Source: Eledone cirrhosa
Lineage: Eukaryota
Assembly (NCBI GenBank): GCA_964016885.1
Contig: OZ024743.1
Location: forward strand, 126,108,001-126,172,000
Direction: 5' to 3'
Length of the DNA: 64,000 nucleotides
Part shown: piece after piece, positions 54,185 to 64,000 of the stretch
How positions within the stretch are numbered: the stretch's first letter is position 1
Layout of the letters: every line of letters starts with the position of its first letter
The notes under the pieces: generated by a model
Database searches by the model: none
What the model saw: the letters and a program-made list of their open reading frames with translations, nothing else
Told to the model about the DNA's origin: nothing
Program-made: the position numbers and the translations under genes

Positions 54185-56435
54185 ATACGTAGTTTAGAAA
54201 GCCACAACAATGCAGAGGGAAATCTCGAGGTAGGAAGTGAATGATAGATAGGAGAAATAGGAGAAAGTGAAAATTGAGAGAGACAAAGATGAAAACAAAA
54301 CAAAGGTAGAAGGGTTACCGTAGTGGAGATTTAATCCCAATATTTCGGGCTCACGCCCATCAACGGGGGAAAGTTCCAAAAGGGGGGGAACAGGCTAAGT
54401 CGGAGAAAGTTGTGATGTCGTTAAAACAGGAATGCCGTTATGGGGAGAACAATTTTTTTAAAATTTAAATGAGGGAAAGAATGCGCGTGCGCGTGATAGG
54501 CTGTGGCAAAAGCTACTGACCAAATGGGTTAAATCAAGAGGGTGCGCTAGCGTGTGAAAGCCGTAAAATATGTGTGTGTAAATATATATGTGTAAGTGTG
54601 TATATGTGTGAGTGTGTGTGTGAAAGATAGTGGGCTGTAGAAGCTGGAAATCAAAGGGTGTGAAAGGTGGTAGGTTGTAAAACATGTGTGCGTGTATAAA
54701 TATAGATGTGTGTGTGTATGCGTATGGGTGTATATGTGTGTGTATATGTGTGAGTGCGTGTGTGTGTGAAAGATAGTGGGCTGTAGAAGCTGGAACACCC
54801 AGGAGAAGACGGGTCACTCGCCCTCCTCGACTTCCGTATCAACATCTCGGAAGAAGGAGACATAAACACCACCTTCTACCGCAAAGCAGCGTGCAAGGAC
54901 TTATTTGTGCATTACAACTCAGCCCTCCCCAACAACGCTAAGAGAGAGGCTATGTCCTAAATGAACTGACACGGATCACTAACAGATGCAGCGACCCGAT
55001 GGGCGGTCTCACCCATACCACGCAATTCCGTAATCTACTCAAGTCTAATGGATATCCCAAGCGACTGATTAACGGAATTAGAGACCCCAGACCCAATAGA
55101 CAGACACCCACTAGAATCTTAAATAAAAGCAGGTGCTTCTTTAAAATCCCCCACCTGAGTGAATATACCACGAACGCCATCCGCAGGGCCATACGGACGG
55201 AGGGACTTGACATACATTTGGCCCACACAGGACCTTCGCTGCGAAGATGCCTCTCCAACAAACCCGACGAGTCAGATGGGACGTGTTCCCTCAGCAACTG
55301 CCCGATACGGGGGGCAGATTGCCTACGCACCTATGTCGTATATAAGATTCAATGCGATAAATGCAACAAGTTTTACATAGGTAGCACCATCCGACCCCTA
55401 CATGTTCGTATCAAGGAACATATCAACACCAACGCATCTTCCTTCCGTAAACACATCCTTAAATGCGGAAACCCACAGGGTAGACCCTTGGTCACATTCC
55501 TAGCGACTGAACGCAGCATCGGATGCTTAAGGATAAAGGAAGCACTTGTTATTAAGAACCTCAGACCCCCACTTAACAACCGGGCTGAGAGAAATGAGCT
55601 GACATGGCTAACTTAACCATAGTGACCATTCACAGCCCTTACGGCCTGCTATTTTCACACACACGCACGTATATGCATACCCATACGCATACACACACAC
55701 ATCTATATTTATACACGCACACATGTTTTTACAACCTACCACCTTTCACACCCTTTGATTTCCAGCTTCTACAGCCCACTATCTTTCACACACACACGCA
55801 CTCGCACATATACACACACAGTTACACACACATATACACCCATACGCATACACACACACATCTATATTTATACACGCACACATGTTTTACAACCTACCAC
55901 CTTTCACACCCTTTGATTTCCAGCTTCTACAGCCCACTATCTTTCACACACACACACTCACACATATACAGACTTACACATATACACACACATATATATT
56001 TACACACACATATTTTACGGCTTTCACACGCTAGCGCACCCTCTTGATTTAACCCATTTGGTCAGTAGCTTTTGCCACAGCCTATCACGCGCACGCGCAT
56101 TCTTTCCCTCATTTAAATTTAAAAAAAATTTTTCTCCCCATAACGGCATTCCTGTTTTAACGACATCACAACTTTCTCCGACTTAGCCTGTTCCCCCCCT
56201 TTTGGAACTTTCCCCCGTTGATGGGCGTGAGCCCGAAATATTGGGATTAAATCTCCACTACGGTAACCCTTCTACCTTTGTTTTGTTTTCATCTTTATCT
56301 CTCTCAATTTTCACTTTCTCCTATTTCTCCTATCTATCATTCACTTCCTACCTCGAGATTTCCCTCTGCATTGTTGTGGCTTTCTAAACTACGTATTTTA
56401 CACATTTCACAATGCTTCAAGCAAACTTTAACACC

Positions 56436-56439
<4 letters not shown>
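54185..56439 (+). mobile_element. Penelope-like element of a different clade, with a long inverted pseudo-LTR (54185-54795 vs 55760-56396)
   Basis: RT thumb LLDFRI..FYRKAA..VHYNSA; GIY-YIG VVYKIQCDKCNKFYIGST.RPLHVRIKEH, stop at 55616. Confidence 0.92.
56211..56246 (+). ncRNA. Degenerate minimal hammerhead-like motif (CCGUUGA); mirror copy at 54335-54370 (-)
   Basis: tccc CCGTTGA t gggc gtga gccc GAAA ta TT ggga within a PLE pseudo-LTR. Confidence 0.5.
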
Positions 56440-56506
<67 letters not shown>

Positions 56507-56987
56507 GTAACCTTCTAGTATTATTATTAATTAATTATTCGAGAACCTTCCTGCATCTCGCTCGCAAACTTTGTAAACACTTTGCTCCTTCTCTCATCCC
56601 CCCCCCCCCCCCGATTGCAAGTATAAAATAAATCTTGCTGGTTCCCAAGGACAGAATTTATCTATCTAATCTATCTTACGGGCGATCTGTCGATTTTGAG
56701 AATATAAGCAATACTTGTCTTTTCTTTTATCCGTAGTCTTCTCATTAAGCAGTGTTTTAAACTCCTATTTATGCGAGTCTAAAATTCAAATTCTCCGTTT
56801 TCCTCTCGGATTTTCAAATATTTTACATGTTTTTAATAATATGTCTTATTCTGTTGAAACCTTCCTAAAAACTAACCTTCTCCTAAAGTTACCCCCCCAC
56901 ACACACACACCACCATTGCTATATGGTCCAATCATAACTCAGCGACTTTAGTAAGTTCTCTAACAAATCAGTATAGCAAAGCTATAC

Positions 56988-57539
56988 CGGAGTAGGTAGA
57001 CGCAGAAAAACATGGGACGATCTGATAAATTCCGACCTAACACACTTGCACCTTTCTAAGACAATGTCACTGGACCGAGATCTTTGGCGCTACGCAGTAA
57101 TACAGAAGACCCGCCTTGCCTATGTACAAAGCGACACCTACAGTCAGTAGGCACCTCTCAACCAAAGATACACCCCAATCCCCTACCCCTACCCTATCCT
57201 CCCACCAACACCACCCTCTCTCTGTAAAGTTGGTACCACAACATCCAGTCCAAATAAATGAGATAATGAGATGGAGATCGTGTAGGTGTCACGACTAAAA
57301 AAAGCCAGTCCATGCTGTAATATGGTCGTGTAGGTAACACGGTAAAAAGTTCCCAGTTCCACACTGTAAATGTGGTTGGTGTTAGGAAGGGCATCCAGCC
57401 GTAGAAAACCTGCCAGATAGTCCTATATGAGAAAGACACGGTCACCCGACCAAACTTGCCTCAAGTAGGACAACTCCCGTCTAACTCATGCTAGCGTGGA
57501 AGATGGACGTTAAACGATGATGATGATGATGATGATGAT
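56988..57539 (+). mobile_element. RTE LINE 3' end
   Basis: GVGRRRKTWDDLI...DRDLWRYAV; aggaagggcatcc motif; (GAT)n tail. Confidence 0.85.
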
Positions 57540-57548
57540 ATACATGTA

Positions 57549-57613
<65 letters not shown>

Positions 57614-57645
57614 GTATATATGTATATATGTATATATATATATTA

Positions 57646-58610
57646 TGTCAGGTCACCAGTTGGTGCTATTGGTAACATGTATCCCAGTACAACCTATCAA
57701 AGGGCAAAGGAGCTCTTAAGAGTCAATGGCCATCCAAAATCACCGGGAGAGATGACCCCTTACCCTTTGTCAAGGCAGAATTCTAGGAGAAGGAAAACTC
57801 TGATATAACACCTGCAACCCTGATGGTATCCAATGATGTTGACTTGTTATGCTTTTTGGCAAATATCATCTTGGTTAAGAGAGTGGGACTGGCTTTGTGC
57901 AGTGCCTTTGCTCACTATAAAACCTTCACGGCACAGGCATTGCTTTGTATCTGGAGATCTCTCTGCACTTGTTGTTACATGGTACCATGGGCCCAGCACT
58001 ATGTGTCAATAATTGTCACAGGTGTAGTGTTTGTACCAGAGTTTTCAAGTCGCTGGCTGGACTAAAAAGTCACACTCGTTCAGCGCATCGGTGGGGGTTC
58101 TCCTACATGGATATAAAATAGTGGCCGTACTCGAAAACGAGTTGGCAGCCACCATGTATATATATATATATGTGTATGTATGTATGTATATATATGTCCG
58201 GGAGAGATGACCCCTTAGCCTTTGTCAAGGCAGAATTCTAGGAGAAGGAAAGCTCTGATATAACACCTGCAACCCTGATGGTATCCAATGATGTTGACTT
58301 GTCCTTCTTTTTGGTAAATATCATCTTGGTTAAGAGAGTGGGACTGGCTTTGTGCAGTGCCTTTGCTCACTATAAAAGCTTCACGGCACAGGCATTGCTT
58401 TATATCTGGCGATCTCTCTGCACTTGTCGTCACATGGTGCCATGGGCCCAGCACTATGTGTCAATAATTGTCACAGGTGTAGTGTTTGTTCCAGAGTTTT
58501 CAAGTCGCTGGCTGGACTAAAAAGTCACACTTGTTTAGCGCATCGGTAGGGGTTCTCCTACATGGATATAAAGTAGTGGCCGTACTGGAAAACGAGTTGG
58601 CAGCCACCAT
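57646..58610 (+). repeat. Two tandem copies (57743-58155, 58198-58610) of a retroposon-like unit of about 410 bp separated by (TA)n
   Basis: High-identity direct repeat, offset 455 bp; contains ctaggagaaggaaaactc. Confidence 0.88.
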
Positions 58611-58659
58611 GTATATATGTGTATATATATATATATATACATATGTATATATAATAATA

Positions 58660-60570
58660 ATACTATTTATAGTTATGTATATAGTATAAACAACTATAAA
58701 CAGGAATGTCAGTAATTTCTTATTACCTTATTACCAGTAAGAGAAATAGCTCAATGTATGAACATCAGTTGTTTTACAGAGCAGGAAAATAAATAAATTA
58801 TACAATTATCAAAGTTGTGTTCAAATCATTTAATAGCTGACAATCGTTTCTTCCAAACTCTCGTTTGGTAACATCGGAGCATTATCAATGTTTGCACATA
58901 TAATTAACCTCCTATTCAACTGAACAATAATATAGATACATATAAATTGATGTTGTGAGCAACAGTTTCGTATTTACAGGGTGGAATGGATGTGACATAT
59001 ATTTTACGAGAATTCAAATTCAAATTAAATTAAAATCAAAAGCACGGAATGGAATACATGCAACAGATAAAACAAGAGAATAGTCCAATCATTAAAGAGG
59101 CATTGAGAAAGTAGTTTTGAGAAGAGTACATTAACAAGGAAGAGTACATTAACAATTCATATGCAGGCGTGTGGAGAGTGCAACTGCGTTAGTCATATAC
59201 ATGAGAACTAGACAAGCAAAGCTATTATGCATATATAGATGAATAAATACTGCATTTTAAGGAAATATGTTAATGTATTAGAATCTATGGTGGGTACTGT
59301 ATGCTGATAGTGTTCGAATTTGTGTGTTGAGAAACATACAGTTTTTGCAGACTTTTCCATGACATATGTTGAATTAAATTTTAGTTAATGTTTATATTGA
59401 ATGTTTTCAGTTAGTTAGAGCAATGGATTGTAAATTAGTCTTAATGTATTCATATTCATAGACTATATTTGATCAACCGTTAAATTTTCCAATCGTTAAT
59501 TTCCGGAAGTGAATAAGGGGAGCTAATGCATAAGGGGAGGTAACTAGCTAATTAAGTTCAATTCAGTTATTAAAATTCTTTGTTCTAATACACATTATAA
59601 TGTGATGCCATTGGATCTCTGTTACATAACGCTGTATATTTATACCTGATTTTAAATACAGTGTATTTTACTATCATACAATCTCTTTAGATTGTTATCT
59701 ATTCATTACTGGACAAGGTATATGTTATGAAGGATTGTATAGCTGTTAGTATGTCAAAATAGATATGCCATATGTGTAATAATATACATTATTGTTTTGA
59801 AAGTTAATCCCTAATATTCAATGCTATTACATTTTACATTTAATTATAAATGTATATATACTTTATTATTATTATTATGTTGTGTTAACTTTCCAGCATA
59901 GTTACGTCCCTTTACGATCTGAGTTCAAATCCCGCCGAGGTTGACTTTGCCTTTCATCCTTACGGGGTCGATAAAATAAAGTACCAGTAATGCACTGGGT
60001 AATTGCTGGCCTTGTGCCTAAAGTAGAAACAATTATTATTATGTTGTGTAATTTAAGTATTTAATTATACAATTATAAATGCATATATAGTTTATTATCA
60101 CATATTACATTAAATGTCTCTACATACCAAGTACCAAATATCCATTACTGTATATGATATAATTAATCTATTGTAGTTATATCACAAGGTGGTAACTCTA
60201 TGTCTAATTCTAACTGTTATTGCAGAGCTTAAGGTTATAGATGAATAGGAGTTGTGTAGAGGAAAGAGTTGGTCGAAGGGTTTGTGGTTGTGGGTGCTGC
60301 TAAGTCCTAGATGTGTAGTGTTAATGGTGGTGGGGAATTCATATCTGACATTGCTGTATACTAACAGCTAGGTTTAAAGTTATGGAACGAGTACCGGTAC
60401 CGGTGTTGGCACGAGGAAAATGTCTCTGACTTTCTATTAAGGAGGTCTAGTTTCGAAAAGATTATAGTATGGGTCTCCAGAAGGCAGAGATTACATAATT
60501 TATTTGGTGGTTTATACGATGAGGCCCTACCTACTACTTCCCACTGCAGTGTAAATGGTCTATTCCTAAG
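58660..60570 (-). mobile_element. Penelope (Naiad-type) 3' remnant with nested SINE at 59886-60031
   Basis: FTLQWEVVGRASSY..CNLCLLE..LLNRKSE..SCQH, stop at 60361; hammerhead at 58832; SINE TSD attattattatgttgtgt. Confidence 0.85.
58832..58883 (-). ncRNA. Type I hammerhead-like motif (CCGAUGU) at the 3' end of a minus-strand PLE
   Basis: Minus: aatgct CCGATGT ta ccaaac gaga gtttgg aa GAAA cgattg TC agctatt; GUC site. Confidence 0.65.
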
Positions 60571-61230
60571 CCTTTTGATTCTAGGCCATGCTTCCATGTT
60601 TGGAATTTCTTCTCTAGTTCAGCCATCGATTCAGCTATGTGAGTTAGATCATCTGCGTATAGAAGTTTCCATGGGCAGCCGGTCTTGAACTCCTCTGTTA
60701 TAGCCTGAAGGCAATAATAAATAAGAGGGGGCTAAGGACAGAGCCTAAGAGGTGCATAAGCAGATATTATTGTCACAGTAGTTCTCTTTAGGATTAGTTT
60801 TATTTTAATTATTCTGTTGTTCACTCTATTTACGTCAATTACCTTATCTACCCATTTTTCTGCTAACATAATTCCTACTCCACCCAGCCCATTGTCATTT
60901 CCCACCCAGAAAAGTTTATAGCATCGTTTTTTACCCACAATGGATCTAACAGACCCACTCCTCCACCTAGTCTCTTGAACACAACAAACACCAACTTCCT
61001 TACGTTCAAGCATCTCTACAACCTCGTTAGAGCGACCTTTCAAAGTGCCTATATTCATGGTACCAACTCTGAAGTTTTGGATTTCGTTGGGTGGATGGAA
61101 GGGATGGGTAGGAGGCGCAGGGAGGGGTGTGGAGATGGAATTATGTTGGCCATCCATGTCTGAAATAATGAGGAGTCCTTGCATTCTCGTCTGGCAACAG
61201 GAGGTGAATTTATCTTTATCTTTGACATTG
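60570..61230 (-). mobile_element. Internally deleted RTE 5' part: APE N-terminus joined directly to RT motifs 4-5
   Basis: VGTMNIGTL, CVQETRW, ISAYAP then GSVLSP...LLYADD. Confidence 0.88.
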
Positions 61231-61608
61231 TCATTGAGTGTTCAGATTGTTCAGGCTCTCCAAATTCTGTAGTCCATTTAGCATATGGTCTAAACTTAAG
61301 GAGTAATAGCCGAGGCAGTGGCTTTGTGATAGAGATTGGTAAGAGAAACATACTATAAACCGCTGAATTATGATTGGACAAAATAGCAATGGTGCCGGGG
61401 GGGGGGGGGGTATACGAGAAGATTATCTTTATAAAGGTCCGACAGATTCAACCTTATTATTGAAAAGTTAAAGGAGCATATAACAAATAATACGAGAAGA
61501 TTCTTTTTGAGGGTCCGACAGATTTATCGATAATATTGAAAAGATTAGATTCTAAGTTAAATTAACATATAACAGTTTAAATACTGATAGGTGAATGGAC
61601 CAAGAATA

Positions 61609-61661
<53 letters not shown>

Positions 61662-61662
<1 letters not shown>

Positions 61663-62458
61663 ACGATAAAGTAACGGAGCCATAGGCCCTCGCTATTCCC
61701 TGTAAATAATGTGCTCAAAGGAGAAGAAATCCTGAGCTCTTTAAAATACAATATGTTGAAAAGGTAACACACCAGAGAGAGATATACAGTGCGCTATCAA
61801 TAAAACATGGAAAAAACCACCAGTGTATGGAATCTATAACCTATGAAGGGCAGACTAGACACGATAATTAAAAATATAAATTAAAGCGTAAATAAATACC
61901 TCTATAACTATATAACACACGTACAAATCGCCAATAATTTGTTGACGGAAATGGAATAACCTCGGTTCATCAGCGTGTGTAAGGCTACTATTTTAAAGAG
62001 CTCAGGATTTCTTCTCCTTTGAGCACATTATTTACAGGGAATGGCGAGGGCCTATGGCTCCGTTAATTTATCGTGATATTTCGCTCCTTATAACAGTCTT
62101 TCCTATCTCTCTGTTTGGTTGAGCACACTTCTCTGAGTGGTTTTGGGCTGCCCTTTCTAGCAGCTCGTCCCTCAGAGGCCACTGGTTCACTGCCCTTAAA
62201 CACGCTGTGACTTCTCTCTCCCACGTGTAGCTGGACAGTCACTTTTAAAATTCTCTTAGTGTTGTCTGAAATGTATAGCCTTACACACGCTGATGAACCG
62301 AGGTTATTCCATTTCTGTCAACAAATTACTGGCGAAACATCTCTTTGGATTTGTACGTGGGTTATATAGTGATAGAGGTATTTATTTACGCTTTAATTTA
62401 TATTTTTAATTATCGTGTCTATAGTCCATACACTGGTGGGTTTTTTTCCCTGTTTTTA
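61662..62458. repeat. Interleaved inverted repeats from a pseudo-LTR-like sequence: A 61662-61748 / A' 61989-62075; B 61800-61987 / B' 62276-62458
   Basis: Reverse-complement matches read directly; B carries the hammerhead. Confidence 0.85.
62286..62359 (+). ncRNA. Type I hammerhead with canonical core and GUA site; inverted copy at 61915-61980 lost GAAA by a 14-bp deletion
   Basis: cacg CTGATGA accgagg...tactggc GAAA ca tctctttggatt tg TA cgtg; helix II is imperfect. Confidence 0.62.
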
Positions 62459-62503
62459 TATATATATATATTTCAGAGATATACAGTGCATATACATATA
62501 TAT

Positions 62504-62866
62504 GAAGGAACATGGCTTAGTGGTTAGAGCATTGACCTTGCAATCGAAAGGTTGTGAGTTCAATTCTCAGACCGGGTGATGTGTTTTTTCCTTGAGCAAG
62601 ACACTTTATTTCACATTGCTCCAATTTACTCAGCTGTAGAAATGAGATGATAGGGACTGGAGGTCACTATCATTCCACTGCAAAGTCGTCGTGGAGATGC
62701 CACGGCAAAAAAGCCCCTATCATCTCATTTCTACAGCTGAGTAAACTGGAGCAATGTGAAATAAAGTGTCTTGCTCGAGGAAACAACACATCACCCGGTC
62801 TGAGAATTGAACTCACAACCTTTCGATTGCAAGCCCAATGCTCTAACCACTAAGCCATGTGCCTCC
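62504..62866. mobile_element. Palindrome of two converging tRNA-derived SINE heads
   Basis: Arms 62504-62658 and 62712-62866, about 8 mismatches; each has A box tggcttagtgg and B box gagttcaattc. Confidence 0.88.
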
Positions 62867-63012
62867 ATATATATATATATAGTTTCAGAAGATCCCGTTA
62901 AGGGTGAAAGCAGCGATTCTTTGCTTAAACTTTAATCTGTTATTTTAATAAATATATATATATATTATAATAAAATAACACTGGACGTGTGTAAATCCTT
63001 GAAAGGTTTATT

Positions 63013-63070
63013 ATACTATAATCACTTCAATGACCGGGTACCGTATGAATCCGGTGATATCATCAGGTAT
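63013..63070 (-). ncRNA. Type I hammerhead-like motif (CUGAUGA / GAAG) in a short pseudo-LTR-like remnant (about 62965-63245)
   Basis: Minus: atac CTGATGA tatcaccgg attcatacggtac ccggtcatt GAAG tgatta TA gtat aataaa. Confidence 0.62.
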
Positions 63071-63245
63071 TCGAAATATAACAAAGGAATATAACAGATA
63101 AAATCCATGTAGCTTTAGCACTCGGATGAGGAAAGACCCCAGAGTAATAACATTACGTTCAGACAGCTTAGTAAATCAGATATAGCGGTCGGCAGTCCAG
63201 CCGCATCACTAGAGCAACGAAAATACAGGACCCAGGAAAAGATTT

Positions 63246-63329
<84 letters not shown>

Positions 63330-63332
<3 letters not shown>

Positions 63333-64000
63333 GGTGCGGACGATATTTGTTCGCAATTTTCAAGTGGTAATTTTATGCAATTTCTTTTTACTTCCGATGT
63401 CACTCTTGTCTTCATAAAAACAGTGACTATATTTCCATTATTTATTTTCAGAATAATTGATTATGAATAATTTTGAACCCTCAAATTTGTGGAAGAGACA
63501 CGGAGTTGTTCTTGGAATCCGCGCCGGGAGGACAAATAAGACCAGAAGATCAATTCCCAGAACAACAGGTGGCTCGCTGTCTCATCCAAAGACGTGCCCA
63601 GAGTCATGCAGACAAAGTTTCCAGCGACAACATTGGCCTTAGGTGTCGTCAGCAGTCAAGGTGACGTGATGCCACCTCACTTCTTCCCTGAGGGCCTCAA
63701 GCTGAACACCGATGGCTACATCCGCATTCTGAGCAAGGTAGCTGGATCGACCAGGTAGCTGCAGATAAGCCGTATGTATGGCAGCAAGACTCAGCACCCT
63801 GCCATACCAGACGAAAGACCCAAGCCTGGCTGTCAGAGAACTTCGTCGACCACACTTCACCTGACATCTGGCCTCCCAGCTCGCCCGACTGCAACCCCCT
63901 CGACTTCTTTGTGTGGGGCGCAGTGGAATGAGACACCAACAGATCTAGCTGCAATACGAAAGACGATCTGAAGACCAGGATTACAAGTGCCTTTAGGGGC
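63330..64000 (+). mobile_element. maT/DD37D Tc1-mariner superfamily transposon, internally deleted, runs off the window
   Basis: TA|CAGGGTG start; WQQDSAPCH...WPPSSPDCNPLD with 37 residues between the last two Asp; in-frame stop. Confidence 0.88.

Noticed and set aside
62504-62580. tRNA gene
   Set aside because: A and B boxes present but the sequence continues into SINE body; no convincing acceptor stem

Overview
AT-rich, intron- and transposon-rich animal genomic DNA. The SINE, RTE and (TA)n landscape looks like an octopus/cephalopod genome (inference). Bases 1.2-28.9 kb hold the last ten coding exons of a + strand Activated Cdc42 kinase gene (ACK/TNK2 orthologue). All junctions are GT-AG and phase-compatible, giving 3126 nt or 1041 aa plus stop. 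Domain order is kinase, SH3, CRIB, clathrin box, MIG6-homology region and UBA; the 5' exons lie upstream of the window. The rest is mobile DNA: RTE and CRE-like LINEs, Penelope-like elements (PLEs), tRNA-derived SINEs, mariner/maT, hAT, piggyBac-type MITEs and a probable Helitron. Main observations: (i) about 16 type-I hammerhead-ribozyme-like motifs from about 9 distinct sequence families, most lying in PLE pseudo-LTRs just upstream of AATAAA, with recurring non-canonical cores (CCGAUGA, CAGAAGA, U-U at the base of helix II); two canonical-core copies are sense to ACK introns. (ii) A nested foldback of more than 2 kb in the intron that splits the kinase activation segment. (iii) An intronic copy of part of an ACK exon whose CAA-to-CAG change creates a splice acceptor for a predicted kinase-only isoform. 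(iv) A palindrome made of two converging SINE heads. (v) An RTE-Penelope chimera. Structures were read by eye; no folding or database searches were run.
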